Source of the DNA: Deinococcales bacterium | GTDB taxonomy: Bacteria; Deinococcota; Deinococci; Deinococcales; JAAFIG01 | DNA length: 64,000 nt | Direction: 5' to 3' | Assembly: GCA_031414595.1 (NCBI GenBank) | Contig: JANNVX010000018.1 | Coordinates: forward strand, 128,001 to 192,000 | In this document: in pieces, positions 48,867-59,137 of the stretch | How the letters are laid out: each line of letters begins with the position of its first letter | How positions within the stretch are numbered: the first letter of the stretch is position 1 | Position numbers and translations under genes: made by a program | Notes under the pieces: generated by a model | What the model saw: the letters and a program-made list of their open reading frames with translations, nothing else | What the model was told of the DNA's origin: nothing | Database searches by the model: none

Positions 48867-51800
48867 ATGAGCCTTCCCAATGCAGATTTACAACTTCAGC
48901 TTCAAAGACGCTTGGCAAGTGTGGCGGTGCGCCGTTCGGGATTGGCTTTTTGCTTGTTTGGCGAGGCGGGGATTGGTAAAACCAGTGTTGTTGCCCAACT
49001 CCTAAAAGATGCGCCTTTTTTGTCTGGCACGACTCGAGCCGTGACTCCTGTGGCTCAGGTCTTAAAGAATTTGCCACGTCCGAAGCGTTTACCTGCTTGG
49101 CTCGAGACAAAGTTAGAGACCGATTCGAGTCTGCAAACCCTGCTTAGCTTGCTCGAGGTCAATGCGCCTTTTGTGCTTCATGTCGAAGATTGGCACGAAG
49201 CAACGCCAGTGGCGCAAGATTTTTGGTTGCGTTTGGCGTTGGCAGCCCAGCCTAAAAAAGGTGTAGCGGTGATTCTGACCAGTCGGGTGGCGGTTGAATC
49301 GGGTCTCGAGTCGTTGCGTTTGCTACCTTTGGATTTGGTGAGTAGCACCGCCCTTTTGGAAGCTGAAGTTGGTGCGGTCTTGCCCCTCGAAGCCAGTGCT
49401 TGGATTTTTTCTAAAGCGGTGGGCAATCCACTGTTTACCATCGAGTTTTTTCGGCATTTGGCAAGGCAAGGTTTACTGTGGAACGACACCAAACGCTGGC
49501 ATTGGCGTGAACCGCCAAGCGATGCGATGCCATTGACCGTCGAAGCATTGATTGAACAATTGCTGTTTGACCCATCGGACTCGCCAGAAAGCCGTTTGGC
49601 ATTACAAGCCCGTGCTTTGCTCGAGATTCGCGTACCACAACTGCTGCTGGATTCAGATATTTGGGCGCAAGTGGCGGGCTTAGACTTGCCAGAACTCGAG
49701 CTTGCCGAATTGTATTTACGGCGGCGTGGGATTCTGAACAGCAATGGTTTTGTGCATCCGCTTTTTCGGGAAGTGACATTTAAGCAGTTGTCTGGAAGTG
49801 ACAGAGCAGCATTGGCAACCCGAGCGGTGCAGGTTTTTCAAGTGGTACAACCAGAATTTGCGGCTGAGTTTCTGACCGAAAGTCAGTTGCCACCTGAAAC
49901 TGCTTTGAAAGTTTTACTGTCTTGTGCCAATGCTCTTAAAAATCAACCGACTCGAGCCGCACAACTGAGAGCCAAAGCCGCCCAGTTTCTAAATGGTCAA
50001 CCCAAAGCCAAGTTGTTACTCGAGGCATTAGAAGTCTTAACCCACAGCGAACCCAAAGAAGCCTTGGCTTACGCCGAATCCATTCTCGAGATTCCAGATT
50101 TAACAGATAGCACTCGAGTGAACGCGATTTATTATGCGACCAGCGCAATTGTCACCACGACCCGCAATATCGCCGCAGCCGAGACTTCTTTAGCGCGTTT
50201 ACCTGAACAGCAGCAAAACGATGCTCGATACATCAGTTCTTTGCTTGGCTATCTGATGATGTGTGGTCAGCCGACTCGAGCGCTCGAGATGTGGCAAAAT
50301 CGCCCAGAGTTACATGATGTAGCAGAAACTTCGGTGCTGATTCATGTACTATCGGCATTGATGCTGACAGGGCAAGTGCAACAAGCTGAGAACTTATCGC
50401 TCAGTATTTTGCAGCATCCTAAGCTCTTGCCGCGTGAACGGATGAGTGTCCTTAACATTCGGGCGATTAGTTTAGCCCAAATGGGGCAGCTTGGGTTTGC
50501 CAAAGATGTGGCACTCGAAGCGATTGCTTTAGCCGAAAAACTCGAGCAACACAATGCAGTTGGCGCAATGCTTTTTAATCGGGCATTGACTTTAGAGCGC
50601 AGTGGGCAGCGAGAACTGATGCGCGACCATGCCACCCGAGCATTGCTGGCACTCGAGAAAGCTGGTAATCATGGTTTAGCGGCTCAGGCGCAACTGATGC
50701 TGGCTAATCTTGACTTCGAGGCTGGACAAGATGATCGCGCTGAGGAGCGATTGAACACAGCATATTTGTCGTTAAAACAGGGTGCAGAAACGCCTTTTTT
50801 GGTGGCAGTCGAGTTATTTTTGGTGCGTTTTCATTTGCAACGCCAATTGCAATACAGCCAAACTCTAGCTCTAAAATACGCTCGAGATGCCCTGCGTCAT
50901 GCCCAAAATCTAGGGCAGCCAAAACTGATTGCCTCGAGTCAAACGCATTTGAGTTTAGCACTGTTGCAAACCCAAGAAATCCGACAGGCTCGAGAATACT
51001 TAGAAGCTGCTTTGCCTGTGCTTTTAGAAGTTCCAGACAGCAACAGTTTTTATGTGCTGAGCGCCCAAGCCAAACTCCTAGAAGCCGAGCAACAACCAGC
51101 CGTTCTGACTTGGCAAGCCGCGATTGCTCGAGCCGAAGAACTAGGGTTTTTGTTTGATGCTTATTGTTACCGCCTAGAACTGGCACGCTTAGAAAATAAT
51201 CTGGCGATGGCTCGAGAAACCATGCTTTGGTTTACGGCACAAGGCTTACTGTATGGGGTTTATTTGGCAGAGCGGTATTTTCTAGAACTCAAAACCACCC
51301 AAGTCGTTAAGGAATCAGATTTACGGCTCGAGGTTCTGGGGACAATGCAAATCTCAAAGGCTGGTTTAGTCAGTGCCGTCAAAGGACAAAAACGCAAGGA
51401 ATTACTGGCGGTTTTACTCGAGGCGCGGCTTGTCGGGCGCAGCGAAGTCAAAACTTTGGAGTTAGTAGACGCGCTTTACCCCAATAGCCCAGAAGAAGAA
51501 GCACAGGTGTCTTTGCGCCAAACGGTCTTTAAGGCTCGAGCGGTACATGGCGCAAGTGTTATCAGCACTACGGCTAACGGCTATGCTTTAGGCGGTATCT
51601 CGAGTGATGCCGAGGAATTTCTAAATACCAAGAACACGCAACTCTGGCGTGGAACGTACCTCGATGGGCTTGGGGCATCAGAAGAAATTCGTGAAATGCT
51701 CACTTCAGCTTGCCAAAACCAAGCTCAGAACATCCTCGAGACCAACCCCAAAGAAGTGGCTCGAGTGATGCGAATTTTAGTCGAGACCGACCCTTACGAT

Positions 51801-51944
51801 TTGGTCACGCTTAAATTGGCTTGTGCGGCACTGCGTTTAGACAACAATCACCGCACCTTGCAACGGCTGTACGCGGATGCTCGAGCCAAGTTACTTGAGG
51901 TTGGCGAAGTGTTGCCTGAGCGCTGGCAGGAATTTTTGACGTAA
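48867..51944 (+). CDS. STAND/AAA ATPase + TPR + C-terminal wHTH-BTAD regulator
   Basis: GEAGIGKT, LHVEDWH, GNPLF, FVHPLF; C-terminal LEVLG...ELLAVLL...ALYP...GYAL...DPYD. Confidence 0.85.
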   Translation: MSLPNADLQLQLQRRLASVAVRRSGLAFCLFGEAGIGKTSVVAQLLKDAPFLSGTTRAVTPVAQVLKNLPRPKRLPAWLETKLETDSSLQTLLSLLEVNAPFVLHVEDWHEATPVAQDFWLRLALAAQPKKGVAVILTSRVAVESGLESLRLLPLDLVSSTALLEAEVGAVLPLEASAWIFSKAVGNPLFTIEFFRHLARQGLLWNDTKRWHWREPPSDAMPLTVEALIEQLLFDPSDSPESRLALQARALLEIRVPQLLLDSDIWAQVAGLDLPELELAELYLRRRGILNSNGFVHPLFREVTFKQLSGSDRAALATRAVQVFQVVQPEFAAEFLTESQLPPETALKVLLSCANALKNQPTRAAQLRAKAAQFLNGQPKAKLLLEALEVLTHSEPKEALAYAESILEIPDLTDSTRVNAIYYATSAIVTTTRNIAAAETSLARLPEQQQNDARYISSLLGYLMMCGQPTRALEMWQNRPELHDVAETSVLIHVLSALMLTGQVQQAENLSLSILQHPKLLPRERMSVLNIRAISLAQMGQLGFAKDVALEAIALAEKLEQHNAVGAMLFNRALTLERSGQRELMRDHATRALLALEKAGNHGLAAQAQLMLANLDFEAGQDDRAEERLNTAYLSLKQGAETPFLVAVELFLVRFHLQRQLQYSQTLALKYARDALRHAQNLGQPKLIASSQTHLSLALLQTQEIRQAREYLEAALPVLLEVPDSNSFYVLSAQAKLLEAEQQPAVLTWQAAIARAEELGFLFDAYCYRLELARLENNLAMARETMLWFTAQGLLYGVYLAERYFLELKTTQVVKESDLRLEVLGTMQISKAGLVSAVKGQKRKELLAVLLEARLVGRSEVKTLELVDALYPNSPEEEAQVSLRQTVFKARAVHGASVISTTANGYALGGISSDAEEFLNTKNTQLWRGTYLDGLGASEEIREMLTSACQNQAQNILETNPKEVARVMRILVETDPYDLVTLKLACAALRLDNNHRTLQRLYADARAKLLEVGEVLPERWQEFLT

Positions 51945-51962
51945 GTTGACTAGGAGTAAACG

Positions 51963-52436
51963 ATGAATGGATTTGATATTCACCAAAATACCTTGAGATT
52001 AGAGGCTATAGTTGCATCCGAATTAAGCGTCCTTTTAGAGCAACACTCTGTTGGGTCGGCGTTAAATGTAGAACCATCCGCAGGTCTTTTAGCTTCACTA
52101 GAGTTGTATATTCCATCATTGCTTTCTCGCTATTATCCAGAATGGAAAAATGAAACTTTAGATGGGTTCTTTTTAGAAACCGCCCAGAGAATTGATTCAA
52201 TAACTGCCGAGTTTATTGGGGTATGTATTTTGATGAGTGATCAAACTTTGACACCTATTTTCATAAGTTTGACTCTCAGCACATTACACAATTCAATCGC
52301 GTCGTATCGGGTATTTTTAGGAGAGTTAGGTAGTGGTCACCTTGGAATCTCGAGACCACGAGAAAAAGTGTTAATGACTACAGTCGCACGCCTAAAGAAC
52401 ATCAAATGGTCATACCGTATTGGAAACGAATTGTAG
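51963..52436 (+). CDS. Hypothetical protein (AT-rich)
   Basis: AGGAG RBS, 157 aa. Confidence 0.6.
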   Translation: MNGFDIHQNTLRLEAIVASELSVLLEQHSVGSALNVEPSAGLLASLELYIPSLLSRYYPEWKNETLDGFFLETAQRIDSITAEFIGVCILMSDQTLTPIFISLTLSTLHNSIASYRVFLGELGSGHLGISRPREKVLMTTVARLKNIKWSYRIGNEL

Positions 52437-52537
52437 GGTGGGTTCTGCCTGATATTGTCTCGTATACAACGCAGATAAGCCCTATCAAGCCTCTAGCGCC
52501 CGTGAATTTGTTGGTAGCTCGAGACAACAAAAGCCCA

Positions 52538-52705
52538 TCATCTGTAGTTTCTTTTGACTATCGCTAGGTCTAAAACAGTCGGGATTTTCCGATGTTGTTT
52601 TTTGATTTGGGCTTCGGTTTGTGTTTGAGGGATATTTGAACTTATAAAACCTTGCTCGGGTTGTTGTGCTAACCATGCTCGAGCAGTTTTAGGGTCAATT
52701 TTCAT
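52538..52705 (-). CDS. Small hypothetical protein
   Basis: AAGGAG RBS before MKIDPKTARAWLAQ. Confidence 0.35.
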   Translation of the reverse strand: MKIDPKTARAWLAQQPEQGFISSNIPQTQTEAQIKKQHRKIPTVLDLAIVKRNYR

Positions 52706-52882
52706 AATTCTCCTTATCAAAATAGTACAACATGAAGGGTTGGCAGTTCGATTTTTTGTTTTTGTGGGTCACATAAGTAAAAAACTTCACATCGGCAAAA
52801 ATGGCTTCTTAACTAACCCAAAGTAAACCAGCCGTGGCGCAATCTAAGCCCATACTCGAGCCAAGCTCGAGAAGGAGGTTTT

Positions 52883-55852
52883 ATGTTGCTGTTTAGGTTT
52901 TTTGGTGTAATGTCGTTGCTGCTGCTGTGCTTGGTGGCTTGTCCACAACCGATTCAAAATGTGCCGCAAATTGTTTCTTTTACGGCAACACCAAGCAGTA
53001 TCAGCGCTGCTACCAGCGTCAAACTCGAGTGGGTGGTGCAGAATGCCTCGAGCCTGAGCATTAGCCCCAATGTCGGCGTGGTAACTGGCTCGAGTACAAC
53101 CCTTAATATCAGTGCCAGCACAACTTTTGAACTAACCGCCCAGAATATCGCGGGAACAAGCAAAAAAACCGTTTTGGTGACACTAAACCAAAATCTCAGT
53201 CAATTTTTTAGCCCCGATAAAGTCTATTCCCAGCCGATTCCTACAGATACCCAACAGCTTTTACCAGAGGAATTTAAGCGTCAAGTCGAGGCGGGCGAAC
53301 TGCGTTTGGTGACTGCCCAAAGCCAAGCCAGCGCCGTGCAACAGCAGCAACTCGAGTATCAAACCGACTTTGGTTTCTTGCAAGGTTTAAGTCAGCCGTC
53401 AACTGTGGTTATGGACTTGTTGGCTCGAGTGACAGCCAGCCCTAAACCAAACGCCGAACCGCTCGAGATGCAAAATAATTCGGTGGTGCAGTTGCTCAGT
53501 CTTGCCGAACAGGTGCAGCAGCAAGCCCAAGCTGAACGCGATTTGCGCGATGTGGCAAAGCAATTGCTTCGTTACACCGACCTGTACAACTTACTCAGTC
53601 CAGACTACCGTACCGATTTAAGCACCCCCGAAAGTTTGACTGGGCAACCGCTTGAGGTGATTCAAACCGTACTGGCGGCGCTTGAAACACGCCTGACCGA
53701 AATTCCTAATTTAGATGGCGAGACACGGCTCGAGACAGCAGCAGGGGCAAGGCTAACCCCGCAAGTTGCTCCAATTCCCGGTGGCAACCCATACCCAAAT
53801 CAGGATGGTTGGCGTTGCAACCAGAGCCAAACGGGGTTGTACAAGAACTTTTTTTGGTCGCTCAAGAACTTTGTCACCCCAATTCGTGACCAAGGTAGGC
53901 GTGGGATGTGTTGGGCATTTACGGCGGTATCAGCTTTGGAAAGTAAAATTGCAGTACAGACAGGCAATCAAATCAATCTTTCCGAGCAGTTCTTGGTCAA
54001 TAAAGTCAAACACGATTGGGACGAAGAAGATTATCAAGATGGCTACCGCGCCGAAAGTGCTTTACAGGATATGCTCGAGAACAACCAGTCCTTGCCCTTA
54101 GAAAATACTTGGCTTTATAACCTTAGCGATGCTCGAGCCATTTCGGGCGAGGATTCGAGTAGTAAAGCCAGCTACACAGGCAGTTGTGCCGCCTTTACAC
54201 ACCCAAGCAACCCAGCCTTGAATGTGCCAGCCTATAATGGTTCTTGCTCCGAGACTGCCCACCAAAGCGCCTTAAAGTGCAGCACCTTTAACGGCACATT
54301 TTGTGGTTATCAAACCATGACCTTTAGCGGTGTTGGCGGCATCGCCAGCAACCCAACCCGCACGCTTTGGTCTGGCAATGCCAGTAACTTTCCACTGGAC
54401 GAATTACGCTTACGTTTAGCGGGTGGTCAAGTGATTATGGCTTCATTTGGGGTACGGGTTGGTTTTCAAGAAGCCCAGAATGGCTTTGTGACCGATTTTA
54501 GCGACCAGCACCGTTTGGCAGATGGCATCAATCTTGGCTCGGGCAGCAAGGGCGGTCATGCAGTCACGATTATTGGTTTTCTGGATGCTGCCAGCGTCCG
54601 AGCGGCAGCGACCCCGAACGGCAACAGTTTGCCTGTGGTAATCGTACCGGGTGGCGTGCTGAACAACATTGCGGGGTACTTTGTGGTCAAAAACTCTTGG
54701 GGTTGCGTTGGCGATGGCGGCTATTATTACATCCCAGACACCTATGTCCGTCAGTTTTTTAACCGTTTATCGGTACTCGAGTTTGGCGGACGTGGTGCAG
54801 CTTGGAATAATCAAAAAAACCCCTTCCTCGAGACCCTCGGCACAAACGCCAACATAGACACCGATTTACGCAGCCCAACAGCTTTGTTTCGGGTCGCAGC
54901 CCCCCAAGGGCAGCCGTTATCAGATTTAACGGTGCAAATCAGTTCAAATAACCCAAGCGATAATTTCTCGAGCAGTGATTTCTTTGGAATTCGCACCTAC
55001 AGCAGCACTTTTGGCAGCGCGGGAATTCGAGTCTTGAGTATTACGGTTCGCAATGGCACAGCTAACCAGCAAGTAAGATTTTTGACAGTCAATGTTAAAA
55101 ATACTGCTCCAAATGCAATTTTTACCATGCCCAGCCCGATTTATACCTATTCCTCGAGCCTCCCGACCCCAGAATTTAGCCTTGGCATACTCGATAAAAA
55201 CGAAGCTGACCCACAAACCCTCTGCCCAAATGTGCGCTGGGAAGTGGATTTACCAGATTTAATCGAAAGTAACACCATCACCAATACTGTGATTGGCGGT
55301 TGTAAACAAAAAATTCGTTTTGCCAGTGCAGGTTACCGTGAAGTGCGGGTCTCCATCACCGACAGCGATGGTTTAAGCGGCTCGAGTTTTGTCAATGTGC
55401 CAGTGCAGAACCCACCTGTCAATCCGTACCCAATCATCTCGAGCGGCGGCGTGCAGCGCTGGGATAGGCTGAATGCTTCTGGGCTTTGCATCAGGGATTT
55501 TGCCTTACGCACGATGCTCGATTTACGCAGCCAGACCCCGAGTACCAATTGCTCGGGACAACCCAACCCAAGTACCTTTTACGCCAGCATTAGTGTGCAG
55601 AATCCAGATGCTGAATTTTTGGTCTACGACTGGAAATTAACGCTTGTGACTCCAACAGGCAATTACTCGAGCGGGGCGTTTATGACCAGCAGCGCCGAAA
55701 ATTTTGCAATTCCTGTTGTCAATTACGGCTCGGGCGGTACGTTTGCTTGCAATGTCCAAATTCGGTTGTTGCCAAACAACAACAGCAGCCGCGAGCGCAG
55801 CCAAACGGTTTGGTCTGGGCAGTGCCAAGTCGCGGCAGTCGTACCACGTTGA
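52883..55852 (+). CDS. Lipoprotein with papain-like (C1) cysteine protease and Ig/PKD-like domains
   Basis: Lipobox LVAC; DQGRRGMCWAF, LSEQ, GGHAV, VKNSWG. Confidence 0.88.
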   Translation: MLLFRFFGVMSLLLLCLVACPQPIQNVPQIVSFTATPSSISAATSVKLEWVVQNASSLSISPNVGVVTGSSTTLNISASTTFELTAQNIAGTSKKTVLVTLNQNLSQFFSPDKVYSQPIPTDTQQLLPEEFKRQVEAGELRLVTAQSQASAVQQQQLEYQTDFGFLQGLSQPSTVVMDLLARVTASPKPNAEPLEMQNNSVVQLLSLAEQVQQQAQAERDLRDVAKQLLRYTDLYNLLSPDYRTDLSTPESLTGQPLEVIQTVLAALETRLTEIPNLDGETRLETAAGARLTPQVAPIPGGNPYPNQDGWRCNQSQTGLYKNFFWSLKNFVTPIRDQGRRGMCWAFTAVSALESKIAVQTGNQINLSEQFLVNKVKHDWDEEDYQDGYRAESALQDMLENNQSLPLENTWLYNLSDARAISGEDSSSKASYTGSCAAFTHPSNPALNVPAYNGSCSETAHQSALKCSTFNGTFCGYQTMTFSGVGGIASNPTRTLWSGNASNFPLDELRLRLAGGQVIMASFGVRVGFQEAQNGFVTDFSDQHRLADGINLGSGSKGGHAVTIIGFLDAASVRAAATPNGNSLPVVIVPGGVLNNIAGYFVVKNSWGCVGDGGYYYIPDTYVRQFFNRLSVLEFGGRGAAWNNQKNPFLETLGTNANIDTDLRSPTALFRVAAPQGQPLSDLTVQISSNNPSDNFSSSDFFGIRTYSSTFGSAGIRVLSITVRNGTANQQVRFLTVNVKNTAPNAIFTMPSPIYTYSSSLPTPEFSLGILDKNEADPQTLCPNVRWEVDLPDLIESNTITNTVIGGCKQKIRFASAGYREVRVSITDSDGLSGSSFVNVPVQNPPVNPYPIISSGGVQRWDRLNASGLCIRDFALRTMLDLRSQTPSTNCSGQPNPSTFYASISVQNPDAEFLVYDWKLTLVTPTGNYSSGAFMTSSAENFAIPVVNYGSGGTFACNVQIRLLPNNNSSRERSQTVWSGQCQVAAVVPR

Positions 55853-55949
55853 CCGATGGGCAACTCGTACCGAATTAAACGGCAAAACCCCTGTCTCGAG
55901 CAACCAACAACTAACAGCTTTTGGCGCATAGTAAGCGCAGGAGGGATTC

Positions 55950-56150
55950 ATGGTCAAAGAACGAATTGCTTACCGAGTTTGCCCAAAGTGTGCCAGAGCC
56001 GTGCCTTTGGGGAGTGGGGAAAAATTTTGCAGCAACGATGGCGAGAAATTGCTCGAGGCTTGCCCAAAGTGTAATGCCCCCATTACCAGCCCATACGCAC
56101 GATTTTGCTCGAGTTGTGGTCAAGATTTTTTTACTAAGGAGAAGCCATGA
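55950..56150 (+). CDS. Double zinc-ribbon protein
   Basis: CPKC..CSND..CPKC..CSSC; AGGAGG RBS; ATGA overlap with next gene. Confidence 0.8.
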   Translation: MVKERIAYRVCPKCARAVPLGSGEKFCSNDGEKLLEACPKCNAPITSPYARFCSSCGQDFFTKEKP

Positions 56151-59125
56151 AGTATTTATTCCCCATGATTTTGTCGGCTTTATTAGCGTGTAACCCGCCA
56201 ACGCCGCCTATAGAAAATAAAATTCCCGTAGTCGGGTTTACGGCTTTAGCCACTGTCCAAGCGGGTACAGCCCTTGGTTTCTCGAGTACCTCTACTGACC
56301 CTGACGGCGACGCTTTAACGCTCTCTTGGGATTTTGGTAATGGGGTGCGTGGCGGCGGCGCAAGTATTGCCCATGTCTACCCCAAAGCGGGTTCGTTCAC
56401 GGTCAAACTTACGGCAGCCGATGGCAAAGGCGGAGTCTCGAGTGCGGAGAAAACCGTAACTGTCACAGCCAATAGTATTGTGGCTGGGGCAGCGCTCAGT
56501 GTGGTTGGCTCAATTTTTGATGCTGTTGGCGCACCACTGGCAGGTGTGTCTGTGCAACTAGATGGTGCAACCCTAGGCTCGAGCGATACAAACGGCAAGG
56601 TCACTTTGTCTGTACCGACTGGAATTCCAATCAACTTGGTCTTTGATAAAACTGGGTTTAGCCAAGGGTTTGCCGCCCTCGAGTTCCCGAAAGGTTCTAA
56701 CGCCAGCAATGCCGATTTTACGGCAACGCTGTTGGCTCGAGCCGCTGCCCAACCGATGAACGCCAGTACAGGTGGCGCAATCACTGGCACAGACAATGCC
56801 CGTCTCGAGTTACCCGCCAATGCTTTGGTCAAACCTGATGGTACGCCCGTAACGGGAACGGTCAATGTCAGTTTGTCGCCTGTGGATATTAACGACCCTC
56901 TCGAGAAAAGCGCTTTCCCTGGCAGTTTTGAAGGCGTGCAACCCAACGGCATAAGCACCGGCATTGTTTCCTTAGGTACAACCGAATTTGCCCTCGAGCA
57001 GGGTGGGCAGCGTCTGACCTTAAAAGCAGGGGCGAGTGCCAAAGTGCGCTTGCCGATGTACGCCAACACTAACCTCGATGGCAGCCCGATTAAATTAGGC
57101 GATAGCATTCCACTTTGGAGCTTAAACGAACAAACGGGCGATTGGGTACAAGAAGGCATAGGTGTGGTGGTGGATTCGGGTCCTGGAACAAGGGCGCTCG
57201 AGGCAACCGTGACCCATTTTAGTTGGTGGAATGCGGATATTGGTTTCATCCCAAGTTTTCCAAAACCCAAGTGTATTAACGATGTTCCGGGGCAGTACGA
57301 CAGTATTTTTGAACAAGCCACATTCTGTAAATTCTTAGCCGAACTCGATAAACCAATTCCCGCTCTAAACTCGAGTTTACGTCCTCAAGCCGACCCGCCA
57401 CGCTTACCTGCTTTTGCTGCCACAACCAATTTGCCAATTGTGGGGGGTTTTGGGTTACCCGTCCCAGCCGACACAAACATTCGCTACACAGGTTGTATTG
57501 CCAATAATACTTTTTGTGGTTCGGTGGTGAAAAACTTTGTGGCTGGCTCGAGTGAAACTTTTGAAATTCGCCTTAAACGTACTGACACCGAAGATATTGG
57601 ATTGCCATTTGATGCAGTCCGCAACATCAATGCGATTAAGCGTTTTACTTTTGACAGCAGCACCAATCCAAATGGGGTCAATATCACCTTAGAGCGCAGT
57701 GCAGGCTCGAGTTTTACTGGAACAGCTTTTTTACTCGACCCACAAGGCAACGAAATCAGTAACAAAGGCATTGGTGGCACAAGTCAAATCCTAGAATCAC
57801 GATTATTTGCCAGTGGTAAACACATCCTCGAGATTCGCCCTAGTGCCGGCTCGAGCGGTGGTATTAGAATCCGAGTTGAACGCAAAAATTTTGTCGTCAC
57901 CAGCAATTGGACAACACTGACGCAAAGCGCCATTAGAATTGAGGATAATCCGAATGTGGTACTGAACAATGCTGGGCAGGGTGCAGCATTTTGGATACAA
58001 AAAGATGATTCTATTCAACCAACGCAATACGCATTAAACAGCAGCAGTTTTGATGCGACCAACAACACATGGGATGCTGTTCAACTGCTCGAGACGCAAA
58101 GCACTGATTACCCAAATGTTGCACTGGGTGTGGCTGGTAACAATGATAAAATCATGATTTGGACGCAGCGTGCCGCTACAAACACAGTGCGTTGGAGTCG
58201 CCGTATTGCCAGCAGTAACGCTTGGAGTGCTGCCACAAACCTTGCGATTGTCAGTGCCAATAAATACGCCACCAATCCACAAATTAAAATGGACTCGAGC
58301 GGCAATGCTGTGGCGCTCTGGCTCGAGTTTGGTGGTGGTAATTTTGGAAATCAAATTCGCTTGGCACGATTCACAGCCACAACTGGAATTTGGGCAGTAG
58401 AAACCATAGCGGCTGGAAATTTTCCAGATACACCTGTATTGGCACTGGACGCAGCAGGAAACGTAGCAGTGCTGTACTTCGATTTTTCTCCAAGTCTTGG
58501 CTATTACTTCAAGCGCAACCTCGCAGGTGTGTGGAGTACCGCCACCAAATTATTCACCCCGAGCGCCGCGCCAAATGGTTTTACTTCGACCAAACTCGAG
58601 TTAAGTGCCAGTGGTAATGGCATGGCAATCTGGGATGACGCTGGAACACTCCGTGCTAGGGCTTATGATTTTGGCACAGACACATGGAAACCCGTCCAGA
58701 GTTTTGCTGGTACAAACGCTAAAATCGGGCTAAACTCGAGCGGAAATGCCAATTTAGCCTACCTCGAGTTTGCCAATCCAGCCGCTCTGTTCGCCCGGAC
58801 GTACATTGCCACAACCGACACATGGAGCGCCAGCCAAACCATTTCTGACTCGAGCAATGGTGGTGTGAACTTTGCTTTGAATAACCTCAACATGGCTTTT
58901 AACCCAACAGGCGATGCGGTCATAACCTTTGTTAAAGGGCAAGAAACCTTACTGTCTTCTCGAGCCTCGAGTGCCAGTGCTTGGACAACCCCAGTACCAG
59001 ATGGTGCTTTTGAAACTCGTCGAGTTGCCTTGGACGACACTGGCAGGGCTGTGATTCTGCGAGTTGGATATAACGCCACGCTTTTCAAATACGAAGTTCA
59101 AGTTAAACGCATCAACATTCGCTAA
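56147..59125 (+). CDS. Large PKD-domain lipoprotein with carboxypeptidase-regulatory-like and repeat/propeller regions
   Basis: Lipobox LLAC; DPDGD..WDFG PKD; HFSWWNAD; repeated D..GNA...W units. Confidence 0.8.
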   Translation: MKYLFPMILSALLACNPPTPPIENKIPVVGFTALATVQAGTALGFSSTSTDPDGDALTLSWDFGNGVRGGGASIAHVYPKAGSFTVKLTAADGKGGVSSAEKTVTVTANSIVAGAALSVVGSIFDAVGAPLAGVSVQLDGATLGSSDTNGKVTLSVPTGIPINLVFDKTGFSQGFAALEFPKGSNASNADFTATLLARAAAQPMNASTGGAITGTDNARLELPANALVKPDGTPVTGTVNVSLSPVDINDPLEKSAFPGSFEGVQPNGISTGIVSLGTTEFALEQGGQRLTLKAGASAKVRLPMYANTNLDGSPIKLGDSIPLWSLNEQTGDWVQEGIGVVVDSGPGTRALEATVTHFSWWNADIGFIPSFPKPKCINDVPGQYDSIFEQATFCKFLAELDKPIPALNSSLRPQADPPRLPAFAATTNLPIVGGFGLPVPADTNIRYTGCIANNTFCGSVVKNFVAGSSETFEIRLKRTDTEDIGLPFDAVRNINAIKRFTFDSSTNPNGVNITLERSAGSSFTGTAFLLDPQGNEISNKGIGGTSQILESRLFASGKHILEIRPSAGSSGGIRIRVERKNFVVTSNWTTLTQSAIRIEDNPNVVLNNAGQGAAFWIQKDDSIQPTQYALNSSSFDATNNTWDAVQLLETQSTDYPNVALGVAGNNDKIMIWTQRAATNTVRWSRRIASSNAWSAATNLAIVSANKYATNPQIKMDSSGNAVALWLEFGGGNFGNQIRLARFTATTGIWAVETIAAGNFPDTPVLALDAAGNVAVLYFDFSPSLGYYFKRNLAGVWSTATKLFTPSAAPNGFTSTKLELSASGNGMAIWDDAGTLRARAYDFGTDTWKPVQSFAGTNAKIGLNSSGNANLAYLEFANPAALFARTYIATTDTWSASQTISDSSNGGVNFALNNLNMAFNPTGDAVITFVKGQETLLSSRASSASAWTTPVPDGAFETRRVALDDTGRAVILRVGYNATLFKYEVQVKRINIR

Positions 59126-59137
59126 AAGGAGTTTTTT

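Noticed and set aside
56377-57321. 314-aa antisense ORF, and similar ones at 186-740, 30780-31427 and 49178-49744
   Set aside because: Shadow frames of well-supported genes on the other strand, with no RBS or recognisable motifs.
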